This document shows, piece by piece, positions 1-10,381 of a stretch of 64,000 bases of DNA (its first letter is position 1; every line of letters begins with the position of its first letter). The stretch is from positions 192,001 to 256,000 of the forward strand of contig OZ245046.1 of the NCBI GenBank assembly GCA_965224245.1. The letters run 5' to 3'. The notes under the pieces are model-generated. The model was given only the letters and a program-made list of their open reading frames with translations. It did no database searches and was not told the origin of the DNA. The DNA comes from Candidatus Eiseniibacteriota bacterium (GTDB lineage Bacteria > Eisenbacteria > RBG-16-71-46 > CAZAMP01). The translations under genes and the position numbers were made by a program.

Positions 1-1
1 G

Positions 2-841
2 GTGCACTACCTGGCCGCCGAGCGTGACCTCGTCGAGCCGCCGACGGAGGCCGAGGGTCGCGGGATGCTCGCGCTCGGGGGCCCCGACTTCGATGCGACC
101 GACGACACGGTGACGCCGGTCACCGAGGCGGGTCCGGCGAGCCGTAACGGGGCGGTCCGATTCAGTCCGCTTCCGGGAACCCGTGCGGAGGTGAAGGCGG
201 TAGCCGGCTTCTGGACGGGCGGTGATGCCGTCGTCCTGACCGGCCCCGACGCGTCGGAGGCCGCGTTCAAAGCGCGCGCACCGGGATGCCGCGTGGTCCA
301 CGTGGCCACGCACGGCTTCTTTCGTGAGGCGACGCTCCGCTCGGGACGGGCCAGGACCCGCTCGATCGGTGGGCTGTCGGCCCGGCCGCCCGTGGCCCCA
401 CACGAGCGGATGCCCGTGTTGTCCGGACTCGCGCTTGCGGGCGCGAACCACGGGATGGACCGGAGCTCGTCCGGTGAGGACGGGATCCTGACCGCCGAGG
501 AAGTCGCCGCTCTCGATTTCTCGGGGACGGAGTGGGTCGTGCTCTCGGCATGTGACACCGGACTCGGTGACATCGAGTCCGGGGAGGGCGTGGTCGGGCT
601 CCGGCGGGCGTTCGAGGTGTCGGGCGTCGGAACCGTCATCATGAGTCTGTGGGACGTGGATGACGAGGCCACCCGGCGGTGGATGCAGCAGCTGTACCTC
701 GGTCGGTTCGAGCGAAAGGAGACCACGGTAGACTCGATGTGGGAGGCCTCGCGAGAGGTCCTCGAGTGGTGTCGCGAGAGCCTCGGCACCGATCATCCGT
801 TCTTCTGGGGAGCGTTCGTCGCCGCCGGTGACTGGCGCTGA
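2..841 (+). CDS. CHAT-domain (caspase-like) protease, 5'-partial
   Basis: HVATHGF and VVLSACDTGLG catalytic motifs, SLWDVDD, C-terminal HPFFWGAF; the ORF runs off the window start. Confidence 0.92.
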   Translation: MHYLAAERDLVEPPTEAEGRGMLALGGPDFDATDDTVTPVTEAGPASRNGAVRFSPLPGTRAEVKAVAGFWTGGDAVVLTGPDASEAAFKARAPGCRVVHVATHGFFREATLRSGRARTRSIGGLSARPPVAPHERMPVLSGLALAGANHGMDRSSSGEDGILTAEEVAALDFSGTEWVVLSACDTGLGDIESGEGVVGLRRAFEVSGVGTVIMSLWDVDDEATRRWMQQLYLGRFERKETTVDSMWEASREVLEWCRESLGTDHPFFWGAFVAAGDWR

Positions 842-866
842 ATGCACCCCGGCAAGGAGCCGTGTC

Positions 867-1607
867 ATGAAGATCGTATGGTACATCGTCGTGATCGTCG
901 TCGTGGTGATCGGGATCGTGCTCCTGAGACCCCTGTGGTGTGGTGACGACGACCCGGTCACGCATCTCGTCATCGAGCACACGAACGCGGGCCCGTGGAT
1001 GGACATGAACAACACGTTCAGTGACGTGTTCGACGAGGACGACGCCAAGACGTTCCGCCCCGGTGTGCTCTTCCAGCTCGGCGACTACGCCGGCATGGCG
1101 TTCTACAACTACCTCGAGGTCCGGATCTTCGAGGGCTCCACGCCCACCGTCTTCAAAGACGGGGTCTGGGTCAACATCATCTCCGAGTTCGACGAGCACC
1201 CCGGCGAGCCGATGCTGCCGGACGAGGCCTTCATCCTGTACCCCAACTCGAATCCGGCCAGCGGCTGCGTTGCCGACGATATCAACTGTCTGCGCAACCG
1301 TTCGCTGCACGGCGGGATGAACGAGAACGACGAGATCAAGAGTCTGATGACCTACTGGCAGGGTCCGAACGGGTACCGGATCTCCGCGCAGGAGGAGAAG
1401 CAGCCCAACTCGGGTAACGCCTTCCGGTTCACGTTCGAGGATCCGTTCCGGGTCGACGTCTACGAGCCGGCCGACTGGAACACCGGACCCACGATGGGAT
1501 CTCCGATCCGCTTCAAGGTGGGCGACGTCGACTCCATCGTGGTCGCCGTCAGCGCAGGACCGCCGGAGAAGGGACAGCTCGTGCAGCCACCGTGGCCGGT
1601 GCCGTGA
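867..1607 (+). CDS. Hypothetical protein with N-terminal membrane anchor or signal
   Basis: AAGGAG RBS at 854-859 and ATG at 867; hydrophobic N-terminus; typical codon usage; lies between the CHAT and S8 genes. Confidence 0.8.
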   Translation: MKIVWYIVVIVVVVIGIVLLRPLWCGDDDPVTHLVIEHTNAGPWMDMNNTFSDVFDEDDAKTFRPGVLFQLGDYAGMAFYNYLEVRIFEGSTPTVFKDGVWVNIISEFDEHPGEPMLPDEAFILYPNSNPASGCVADDINCLRNRSLHGGMNENDEIKSLMTYWQGPNGYRISAQEEKQPNSGNAFRFTFEDPFRVDVYEPADWNTGPTMGSPIRFKVGDVDSIVVAVSAGPPEKGQLVQPPWPVP

Positions 1608-1633
1608 TCACGCGACGATGAGGGGATGACAAC

Positions 1634-3982
1634 ATGCCGACACGAGACTCCGACTCTCGCGATGCGAGGACGACACAGGCTCGACAGCTTCTCGTGAGGC
1701 TCGACGCCGACGTGCCGTCCGACGAGCTCGGGGCGGACGGTGCCGATCTCGCCATCTTCAGCGAGCTTCTCGCGCGGTATCCCGATCTGACCATCCGGCA
1801 GAGCTTTCCGAAGTTCGTGCACCGGCTCCGCGTCCGCCACCAGGGCGAGGTGCCGGTGCCGAAGGGTCAGCCGCAGCGGAGGCTCGATCTCTTCTTCCGG
1901 GTGACGGTGCCCGATCCGAACTCGGACCTGCGCCGACTGCTCAAGGAGATCCGTGAGACGGACGGAGTGTCGGACGCGCGCCTCGTCATCCCCGCGTCGT
2001 CGATTCCGCCTGCGACCGACTGTGGCGTGAGCGGCCTCCAGGGGTATCACGCACGGAGCAGCGATGACGGCGTCGACACGTGCTACGCCTGGAACGTCAC
2101 GTCGGTTCCGCCGGGCAAGCCCGACGGTGGAGGCGCCGGCGAGGGCGTCGTCGTCTGCGTCGTCGACCGGGACTTCGGAGCGGACCACGTCAACGGTGCG
2201 ACGGTTACCACCGAGCTGGGCACTCCACCGGGCGACAACGACGCCTACAAGCAGCACGGCTCGAAGGTGCTCGGAATCCTCGGATCGCCGGGCAGCAAGG
2301 GCCGAAAGCTCCGTGGCATCTGCCCGGGGGCGACCTTCTGCTTCTCGTACGTGACCGACGAGACCTACGGGATACCGCTGTCGACGCGCTTCAACGAGGC
2401 GATCGACGACGCGATGGTGCACCTCGAGCACGCGATCGAGCTGGAGCAGGGCGCGGTGCTCGTCCTGCAAGCTCAGCTGGACGCGGGCAGCGAGGGGATT
2501 CCGGTGTCGGCGGGACCGGTCACGCTGCCGATCGAGGCCAACGAGGACGTGTATGCCGCACTGGGAACGGCCGCCTCCGAGGGGATCACCGTCGTCGAGG
2601 CGGCGGCCAACGGCGACGCGGAGCTCGTGAAGATCTTCGACGAGACGACGGTGTACTGGGACCCCGAGCCTGGGGACGGGACGTCGTCGGGTGCCATCAT
2701 GGTCGGCGGTGGGGACTCCGCCAGTCACGACTGGCTCTCCGACAGCAACTGGGGCTCTCGCGTGGATTGTCAGGGCTGGGGACACAACGTGTTTGCCCCC
2801 AGCAGTCCCGACGAGGAGCCCGGCACGATGTCCTTCGGCACGAACGAGGCCTACGACCCCGACTTTGGTGGGACCTCGGCCGCGACCGCGATGGTGGGTG
2901 GGATCGTGGCGGCGCTCCAGGGCGCGTACCACGCGGTCGAAGGCGAGTTCCTGGAGCCCGCGACGGTTCGCGAGATGCTCGGGAACGCCGATCTGGGGAA
3001 CGCGGATCCGCTCGGTCGGATCGGCCCCTTTCCCGATCTCTACCGGCTTCTCTGCTCGCGGAACATCTGCCCCGATCTCTTCATCCGCGACGATGATGCG
3101 GATACGGGTGTCCGGCCGCTCGATCTGTTGCTGGGGTTCGCCGCACCGATCTTCTCCTTCACCAGTCCCGACGTCTTCGTTCAGCCGGAGAAGGCGATCC
3201 CCACGACGTTCGACGCCGCGGCCGCAGTCGCTGCACTCGGCTACCCGCGGGTCGACGGCGGCGCGAATCACGTCCACGCCCGCGTGAGGAACCGAGGGCG
3301 AGGCACCGATGGCGGCCGGGTGTCGATCTTCTGGTCGAGGCCCAGCTCGTTTCTGCATCCTCATTGGTGGGAGCCCGCCGGATTGCCCGGGTCGTTGCCT
3401 TCCACTCGACCCGCGGGCGAGTCGGTCGCGCACATACCCTGGGATGCGCCCTTCGAGGGTGCCCCGGAGCACTGTGCGCTCATCGCCGTCGTTTCACCTA
3501 GTCGCGGCAGCGTCGTCGAGTTCGACGCGTCGATGTCCATGATGGAGTTCCGTGACCTCATCCGCACCCGGAACGACATCGCGGTTCGAAACGTGCACGT
3601 GGGGTTCGTCGAGGCGGGCGGAGTCGTCTGGTTTCGGTATCACCTCAGAGGCCGCCCCGAAGCGGCCAGTACCTTCCGGCTCAAACTCGGGACCGATGTT
3701 CCAGCGGGAGGCACGCTGGAGCTGAGTCCGGATACGAGCGTGACGTTCAAGGGAGCCGGGGGCGCGTTCCCGGTGCCGTCGGGCGCCGTCACGGCGCTGG
3801 CCCTGGGAAACATCGTCGCGGAGGTCGATCTCGGCAAGGGCACCGAGATCATCTTCGACATGGGGGTGAAGGTGCCCGCGAGCACGTCTCCGGGCACCTA
3901 CACCCTGACGATCGATCAGAACTTCGGCATCCTGCACCTCGGACGCTGCACGTACGTCATCGTCGTCCCGCCGCCGACCTGA
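1634..3982 (+). CDS. S8 subtilase with C-terminal Ig/CARDB-like domains
   Basis: Triad motifs VVDRD, HGSKVLG and GGTSAA; oxyanion-hole motif AAANG; beta-rich C-terminus; no clear signal peptide. Confidence 0.88.
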   Translation: MPTRDSDSRDARTTQARQLLVRLDADVPSDELGADGADLAIFSELLARYPDLTIRQSFPKFVHRLRVRHQGEVPVPKGQPQRRLDLFFRVTVPDPNSDLRRLLKEIRETDGVSDARLVIPASSIPPATDCGVSGLQGYHARSSDDGVDTCYAWNVTSVPPGKPDGGGAGEGVVVCVVDRDFGADHVNGATVTTELGTPPGDNDAYKQHGSKVLGILGSPGSKGRKLRGICPGATFCFSYVTDETYGIPLSTRFNEAIDDAMVHLEHAIELEQGAVLVLQAQLDAGSEGIPVSAGPVTLPIEANEDVYAALGTAASEGITVVEAAANGDAELVKIFDETTVYWDPEPGDGTSSGAIMVGGGDSASHDWLSDSNWGSRVDCQGWGHNVFAPSSPDEEPGTMSFGTNEAYDPDFGGTSAATAMVGGIVAALQGAYHAVEGEFLEPATVREMLGNADLGNADPLGRIGPFPDLYRLLCSRNICPDLFIRDDDADTGVRPLDLLLGFAAPIFSFTSPDVFVQPEKAIPTTFDAAAAVAALGYPRVDGGANHVHARVRNRGRGTDGGRVSIFWSRPSSFLHPHWWEPAGLPGSLPSTRPAGESVAHIPWDAPFEGAPEHCALIAVVSPSRGSVVEFDASMSMMEFRDLIRTRNDIAVRNVHVGFVEAGGVVWFRYHLRGRPEAASTFRLKLGTDVPAGGTLELSPDTSVTFKGAGGAFPVPSGAVTALALGNIVAEVDLGKGTEIIFDMGVKVPASTSPGTYTLTIDQNFGILHLGRCTYVIVVPPPT

Positions 3983-4100
3983 TGGCGGCACGGACTCTGC
4001 CGGAGCGTGTCGCCCATCCCCCAAAATTCACGCGTGACGCAGGTCGGTGTAATTGCTAAACTGAGTCCATAAGTGATACATATGCTGTGTGGCGGGATAT

Positions 4101-4109
4101 TGCTATAAT
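4101..4109 (+). promoter_or_regulatory. Extended -10 promoter (TGcTATAAT) in an AT-rich patch
   Basis: Perfect TGnTATAAT upstream of the 4421 gene. Confidence 0.55.
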
Positions 4110-4420
4110 CGAAAACACCTGCATGCTATCAGCTTCACCCGACCCCTGATGCGCCCCCCGCCACGCACCGCCACACCTCGATCCTCTGGACACACCACGG
4201 CCGCGGACGTCGGCGGTCGTGTATCCCGTTCCGGCACGATGCGAAGGGAGGTCTTCGACACGGCACAGGGACATGAAGGAGCGCCGGGAGCGGAGTCTCG
4301 CGTCAGCGACTGGACGTCACTCCGCGGATTCGCCGAGGAGAGCTCACGCACCCTTCGCCCGGACCCTCGAGCAGGGTGCGAGGATCACGCGTACGCCGAG
4401 CAATCACGAGGAGCCATGTC

Positions 4421-5362
4421 ATGCGAGCCATCCGCGATACGGTGGGTACTTCACTCTCGATCCTGGCCGTGAGCCTGCTGCTCAACGCGAGCGTGTCGGC
4501 GCAGCCGGAGCCTTACCAGATCTTCGACGCGCCGGTCGGTGGCGAGATCGTGGGCTGTCCACCCTACCTGACGGCCATGCACACGATCACCAACACACAC
4601 GACGAGCTGAACGTCACCACGATCTTCCAAGGTGGTAGCGCCGTGGGATCTCTTCTCTCCGGTTGCCACAATCACAAGGAAGGGTACGAAGGCGACCCTG
4701 AGCCGACGGTCGAGCGTTGCTTCGAGGCAGGGGTCGATTCGCTTCCGGGCACGACGATGGTGCTCGTAGCCGAGATCGCGGGCGTCACGCACATCGTCGC
4801 CGTGGAGGGGCCCATCAAGATCCGGCGTTACGGCGATGTCGCCGATCCCGGCCCCGCGACGATCGAGCTGGATGAGATGGTCATGACGGGACAGACGGAC
4901 ACCGGTTACGCGGTGACGCTTCGCATCGGTGCCAGCCTGGGCCTCCCGCCGTCCATGGGTACCGTGGAGCGTGCCACGTCCAGTCAGGATCCCTCGATCG
5001 ACATCGGACGCGTTCAAGCCCTGGTCAATGCCGAGATCCTGCTCGAGGGAACCGTCGGCGTGTCGGACGTCATCAGGCCGGGCATGTTTCTCGCGCAGAA
5101 TCGCCCGAATCCGTTTCGCCAGGCCACGGAGATTCTGTTCGCCCTCGCCGACCGGAGTGGACCCGTTTCGCTGGACATCTACGGCGCCAGCGGCGGAGTC
5201 GTGCGGACGCTGATCACCGAGCCGTCGCTCGAGGCCGGAGAGCATCGCGTCTCGTGGGACGGCCGGAACGCAGACGGCGAGCCGGTCGCGTCGGGGAGCT
5301 ACTACTACAAGCTTCGGGTCGGCGACAGGGAAGTGAGGAGGAAGCTGAGCATTCTCAGATGA
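4421..5362 (+). CDS. Secreted protein with FlgD-Ig/T9SS-like CTD
   Basis: GAGGAG RBS; signal peptide; CTD motifs QNRPNPF, WDGRN, VASGSYYYKL, RKLSILR. Confidence 0.88.
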   Translation: MRAIRDTVGTSLSILAVSLLLNASVSAQPEPYQIFDAPVGGEIVGCPPYLTAMHTITNTHDELNVTTIFQGGSAVGSLLSGCHNHKEGYEGDPEPTVERCFEAGVDSLPGTTMVLVAEIAGVTHIVAVEGPIKIRRYGDVADPGPATIELDEMVMTGQTDTGYAVTLRIGASLGLPPSMGTVERATSSQDPSIDIGRVQALVNAEILLEGTVGVSDVIRPGMFLAQNRPNPFRQATEILFALADRSGPVSLDIYGASGGVVRTLITEPSLEAGEHRVSWDGRNADGEPVASGSYYYKLRVGDREVRRKLSILR

Positions 5363-5578
5363 CGGAATGCGCGCCAAGCGCGCGGACCCCGCACGCCGGC
5401 CCGAACACACGTTTGGTTTCGGTCCCGATTGCGAGCCTCGGCAATGGAGCCGTCTCGAATCCCATCGGTCCATGGGGCTCCAGTGCCATACCATCAAGGC
5501 TGACCCAGCCTGAGCATGTCGCCGAAGCATGGCGGAACGTCGGGAATGCACGGCTTCCCTCGGGTGAGAGGATTCGCA

Positions 5579-7423
5579 ATGGGCCATTCGACAGCACGCC
5601 TGTGCCACATCGCACGTCGTTGGTGGAGCTCCATTCCGGCGGTGTGGGCCGTCTGTGCCACGCTCGTCCCCGGGCCGACGACGGCCGCCGGGACCGCGGC
5701 CCGAGACGTCGACCTCGCGCCGGCGTTCCAGGTGCGATCGCAGAATCTCGACGCGTCCCGGCGAACCCTCGAAGCGGTGTCGACCGGGGAGTTCAGCGCG
5801 GTCTGGGTCTACCTGACCGACAAGGCGATCTTCGACTCGGAGTCGTGTCGCGCTCGTCTGAGCGAGGTTCGCAATGTACTCGACGAACGTGCGATCCGCC
5901 GGCGGCGCCGCAGTCTCGGTCCGGAACTCGTCGACTTCTTCGATGTTCCGGTCCACGCGCCGTACCGCGCGGCGCTCGAACGCATGGGGGCGGTCGTCCG
6001 CCGCGAGAGCCGCTGGCTCAATGCCGTCAGCATCGAGGCGAGCCGCGACGTGCTGGAACAGGTGATCACCCTCGAGTTCGTTCAGCGCATCGAGCCGGTT
6101 CGCGCGTACCGGACGACCCCGGGCGGCGGCACCTTCGGATCGGGATCGGCCGGACGAAGCGCGGTGCCGAGATCGGTGCAGCGCGGCACGATCGACTACG
6201 GCCCATCGTTCGACCAGCTCGACGAGATCGGCGTCATCGACGCGCATTCGGCGGGGTTCACCGGGGCCGGCGTGCTGATCACGCTGCTCGACACCGGGTT
6301 CAAGCGCGACCATCCCGCCTTCCAGCACATCCTCGACGACGGCCGTCTGGTCGCACAGTGGGATTTAGTGAACGACGACGGCGAGACGATGGACGGACCC
6401 GAAGACGTTCCGGGTGGGCAAGACCACGGCAGCAGCGTGTGGTCGGTGTGCGCGGGCTTCACCGAGGGCGAGCTCATCGGTCCGGCCTACGGCGCCAGCT
6501 ACGCGCTGGCGAAGACGGAGGACGTCACCAGCGAGACGCCGCTGGAGGAAGACAACTGGATCGCCGCCGCGGAGTGGGCCGACGCGCTCGGCACCGACAT
6601 CATCTCCTCGTCGTTGACGTACACCGACTGGTACACCGTCGACGACATGGACGGGGACACGGCCGTGATCTCCGTCGGCGCCGATGTGGCGGCCAGTCGC
6701 GGAATCCTGGTCAGCGTGGCCGCCGGCAACATGGGTGACCAGGACTGGTACATCGTCACCCCGGCCGCCGACGCCGACAGCGTCATCGCCGTCGGAGCGG
6801 TGGACGCCGACAATCAGCTGACCGGGTTCTCCAGCCATGGTCCCACGGCCGACGGGCGCACCAAGCCGGAGGTCGTCGCACGAGGGTTGGCCGTCGTGTG
6901 TGCGTGCAACTTCACGCATGACCCGCTCGGCGACGAGTTCGCCACGAACAACGGGACGTCCCTGGCGGCGCCTCTGGTCTCGGGGGCGGCCGCGCTCGTG
7001 ATCGAAGCCCACCCCGGGTGGTCGGCGATGGAGGTGCGCACGGCCCTCATGGCGACGGCCGACAACGCCGAGACCCCGGACAACGATCGTGGATGGGGGC
7101 GAATCGACGCATGGAGCGCGATCACGGGCACGGTCGCCGTTCCCGAGATAGTCCCCGCGGTCCCGGTGCTCCTCGCGACGCCCAATCCATCCGGCGCGAC
7201 CATTCGTCTGATCGTGCCGTACACGAGCCAGGCGGGGCACGTGGAGGTGCACGATGTCCAGGGACGTCTCGTGTGGTCGGCGCCGATGCCGGCCGGAGGC
7301 ACCGAGGTCACGTGGGACGGTCGCGATCGCTCCGGTCGAGTCGTCGGTCAGGGCGTCTACGTCGCGAGCCTTCGCGCCGGCGACTGGCGCGCGACCGCGA
7401 AGCTGGTCCGCGGGGGGCCGTGA
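5579..7423 (+). CDS. Secreted S8 serine protease with CTD
   Basis: LLDTG, HGSSV, AAGN and GTSLAAP motifs; propeptide; CTD PNPS..WDGRD..GVY; start uncertain (5516 or 5579). Confidence 0.92.
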   Translation: MGHSTARLCHIARRWWSSIPAVWAVCATLVPGPTTAAGTAARDVDLAPAFQVRSQNLDASRRTLEAVSTGEFSAVWVYLTDKAIFDSESCRARLSEVRNVLDERAIRRRRRSLGPELVDFFDVPVHAPYRAALERMGAVVRRESRWLNAVSIEASRDVLEQVITLEFVQRIEPVRAYRTTPGGGTFGSGSAGRSAVPRSVQRGTIDYGPSFDQLDEIGVIDAHSAGFTGAGVLITLLDTGFKRDHPAFQHILDDGRLVAQWDLVNDDGETMDGPEDVPGGQDHGSSVWSVCAGFTEGELIGPAYGASYALAKTEDVTSETPLEEDNWIAAAEWADALGTDIISSSLTYTDWYTVDDMDGDTAVISVGADVAASRGILVSVAAGNMGDQDWYIVTPAADADSVIAVGAVDADNQLTGFSSHGPTADGRTKPEVVARGLAVVCACNFTHDPLGDEFATNNGTSLAAPLVSGAAALVIEAHPGWSAMEVRTALMATADNAETPDNDRGWGRIDAWSAITGTVAVPEIVPAVPVLLATPNPSGATIRLIVPYTSQAGHVEVHDVQGRLVWSAPMPAGGTEVTWDGRDRSGRVVGQGVYVASLRAGDWRATAKLVRGGP

Positions 7424-7502
7424 GAACGGGACGGTCGGGTGAGGGAGTCAGCGGGATCGCTCGCGCCGCTCGAGGCACGAGCGATCCGGAGCCGACCCGC
7501 AC

Positions 7503-8138
7503 TCAGCGATAGTCGGCCTTGATCGCGCCCCAGCTGGCCTCGTCGACCGGAGTGCCCGCAACGTCCGAGATCGTCATCGACTCGAAGTCGATCGCCAGGA
7601 CGACGTTGTCGGGGAATGCCTCCCAGATCCCGAACCCGAACCGTGTGAGGCCCTCGAACCCGTACATCCCCAGCGCGTCGAGGATGTCGAGCGTGTCGAG
7701 TGTGCTTCCGTCATACCCGAGATCGACGTTGAGGAACAGCCCCTCCTGCTCCAGCGGAACGCCGCCGGGCGAGACCGAGCTGGCCGAGACGAAGAACCCA
7801 TCGGAGACCGGAAACCCCTCGACCAGGGTGAAGAACGGCGTCCGACCGTCGGGAAACGGATCCTGCAAGCCGACGCTCACTCCGCCGGAGAAGCCGAGCG
7901 AGAAGGTCGGCTGATCGATCTCGTATCCACGGGTGTCGCCCGGCACGCCGTCCTCGAAGAGATCCGAGTCCACCATCAGCGAAACGAGGGCGGTCTCACC
8001 CGACATGACGCCACTGAGTGGTGGCTCGCCGATCCCGTTGAAGACGACCGTTCCCCGGATCTCCACCTCGACGATCGCGGCATGGCTCACGTTCGCCACG
8101 AACGCGAGCACGACGAACGCAATCGACGCTCTCCTCAT
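7503..8138 (-). CDS. Secreted acidic protein with SWGxIK C-terminal tail
   Basis: GAGGAGG RBS; signal peptide MRRASIAFVVLAFVANVSHA; ends TPVDEASWGAIKADYR. Confidence 0.88.
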   Translation of the reverse strand: MRRASIAFVVLAFVANVSHAAIVEVEIRGTVVFNGIGEPPLSGVMSGETALVSLMVDSDLFEDGVPGDTRGYEIDQPTFSLGFSGGVSVGLQDPFPDGRTPFFTLVEGFPVSDGFFVSASSVSPGGVPLEQEGLFLNVDLGYDGSTLDTLDILDALGMYGFEGLTRFGFGIWEAFPDNVVLAIDFESMTISDVAGTPVDEASWGAIKADYR

Positions 8139-8644
8139 GATGTCCTCCTCACCGATGGCCGTGCATCCTCTGCCACGAGTGGCTCTCGTGGTGCTTCCCG
8201 GCACCAACCGGTCGGGCAAGTCGACTCACGGGCAGTCTCGGGTCGAGTGGTCGATCCCGGGTGGCTCGTTGCAGGAGCACCGTTCCGGGATTCTCGCACG
8301 AAAGGGCTCGCGAGAGAAGCCGGACGGATCGTGCCCGGGAGACGTCGGCTCTCGATGATCGAACGGCGCGAGTCCTCGAGCCCGACGCACACGCGCCCGC
8401 CCTCCATTCGACGACCAGGAGACGTCGTTGCGCGCCGCGGGTGCCCGCTCGTCCGTCGACGAGTCCCGGCGGGCTGAAGGGAGGCTGGCCCCGTGCTAGA
8501 CTGCGGCCGCGACGTGCTTCCTCTCCGGGTCGGCGGTGCGGACGAGCTCTCGATCGGAGGCCGCGTGACGGCGATCGAAGCACGGCGCGGCGAATGGTCC
8601 ACCCGTCTGGACGTCGGCCTTCACTCGACGCGAAAGGTCCCGGA

Positions 8645-9385
8645 ATGCGAACCCTGGTGCTCGCGATCGCCCTCCTTCTACCTCACGACTCCTCTGCCCA
8701 GGAGGTCGTCGTCCTCGATGCCGACTTCAACGCGGATACCCCCGGCGAACCTCCGGATACGTCGCTGCCAGGCGACCCCGAGGGCGACAGCATCTCCCTG
8801 TCGGGTGTCTCGGCGAACGGTACGTTTCTCGTGGAAGCGACGGCGGCCACGCTGATCGACAAGCCGCTCGTCGCGACGAGGACCGGGAACACCGTGGGCT
8901 TCGCCTGTGCGTTCAACCTCCCCGAGTACGCGTACGGCTGCGGGAACCTGATCGTCCGCTGGTGCAGCGTGGCCGTGAGTGCCATCCCGCCGAGCTTCTT
9001 CCAGGTGCTGGGCCCGGGCGGTCAGTCGGACTTCTTCGGGCTCCTGAACTTCCGAACCGACAACTCGATCACCATCAGTCCGATGATCGGCGTTCCCGAG
9101 GAGGTCACGATCGGGTCGTGGACCCAGGGCGAGTCACAGTGCTTCGAGTGGCACCTCGACAAGAAGACGGGTCTTCAATCGCTCTTCATCGACGGCGTCG
9201 CGGCGGTCGAGGACTTCCAGACGTTCTGGGAGCCGTCGAGCGGCGACGCGATCCTGTTCAAGTACTCGATGGCGCTGCAGGATCCATTCACCTACGCGAT
9301 GGACGACGTCGAGATCTCGGTCGTGGACTGCGAGACGCCCGTCGAGGAGCGGAGCTGGGGATCGGTCAAGTCCACGTATCGCTGA
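8645..9385 (+). CDS. Secreted beta-sandwich-like protein with SWGxVK C-terminal tail
   Basis: Signal peptide MRTLVLAIALLLPHDSSA; ends TPVEERSWGSVKSTYR. Confidence 0.85.
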   Translation: MRTLVLAIALLLPHDSSAQEVVVLDADFNADTPGEPPDTSLPGDPEGDSISLSGVSANGTFLVEATAATLIDKPLVATRTGNTVGFACAFNLPEYAYGCGNLIVRWCSVAVSAIPPSFFQVLGPGGQSDFFGLLNFRTDNSITISPMIGVPEEVTIGSWTQGESQCFEWHLDKKTGLQSLFIDGVAAVEDFQTFWEPSSGDAILFKYSMALQDPFTYAMDDVEISVVDCETPVEERSWGSVKSTYR

Positions 9386-9565
9386 GCCCGCCCCTTGCAG
9401 CATCTGCCTGACGCGGTCGAGGCGCAGCCGTCGATCCGCACGGACGGTGTCCAGCCGGCGCATTTCAGCCGCACAGCCTCCTTTGGGCGCCTCGCGACGG
9501 TCACGAGTGCCGATATTGGTCGTGGGATGGTTACACCCCTATTACTCGTGATCGGAGGTGACCGG

Positions 9566-10261
9566 ATGGTCAGGAACACGGGACGACTGGTCGCGGTGGC
9601 GGTGCTGGGACTGGCGTTCGTCATGGTGCCCGCGAGCGCCGACGCGCAGAACAAGTACCTGGGCCGGGGAACGAGCGGCTTCGGCATCGGTGCCGGCTTC
9701 GGAACGGGCAACGACGTGAACGACCTCGGTGCGGCCGCCGGCTACTCGTTCAACGGGATGGTCAGCGTGGGGCTCGGCTTCGATCGTCTGACGGTCGACG
9801 GCGTGGACGACATGAGCGCGCTGCAATTCTCGCCCTTCGTCGGCGTGGTCGCGCTGAAGCAGTCCGAGGAGATGCCGATCTCGCTCGAGTTCGGTGGCTC
9901 CTACCTCAACATGCGCTTCTCGGGTGACGCGCTCGATGCGCTCGACTGGGAGATGTCGCAGACCGGCTTCGGCTTCGGTGGGTCGGTGTACGGCGCGATG
10001 GAGATGTCCGAGACGACCAGCCTGATTCCCGACTTCGGCATCTCGCACACGATGCTCGACCTGAAGATCGAGGACGAGTTCGGCAACTCCATCACCGAGG
10101 ACGCCAACGTCACGTCGTTCTCCTTCGGCGCCGCGATCGCGTTCGAGACCGCGTCGCAGAACGTGTTCAACATGCACGCGGGCGTCTCGATTCCCGACGA
10201 GGGTGACGCGATGTTCGGGCTCTCGCTGGGCATGGTGTTTCCCGCGAAGTCGACACCGTAG
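9566..10261 (+). CDS. Outer-membrane beta-barrel protein (small)
   Basis: GGAGG RBS; signal peptide; alternating G/aromatic strands; late aromatic residue (GLSLGMVF). Confidence 0.8.
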   Translation: MVRNTGRLVAVAVLGLAFVMVPASADAQNKYLGRGTSGFGIGAGFGTGNDVNDLGAAAGYSFNGMVSVGLGFDRLTVDGVDDMSALQFSPFVGVVALKQSEEMPISLEFGGSYLNMRFSGDALDALDWEMSQTGFGFGGSVYGAMEMSETTSLIPDFGISHTMLDLKIEDEFGNSITEDANVTSFSFGAAIAFETASQNVFNMHAGVSIPDEGDAMFGLSLGMVFPAKSTP

Positions 10262-10381
10262 CCTCGTACGTCGGAGGCCTGCTCCAGTTCGGTGCCTCGT
10301 GAGCCAGGATCGCCGCATGGCCCCGGCCGGGGACGTCGCTCCCGGGCCGGGGCTTCCCATGTGTCGGCCGAGCGGTACGTT

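Noticed and set aside
4008-4037. Shared ECF-like motif (GTGTCG..TTCACGCGTG), with similar sequence at about 18425-18455 on the minus strand
   Set aside because: Too degenerate to distinguish from chance at this GC content without a statistical scan.
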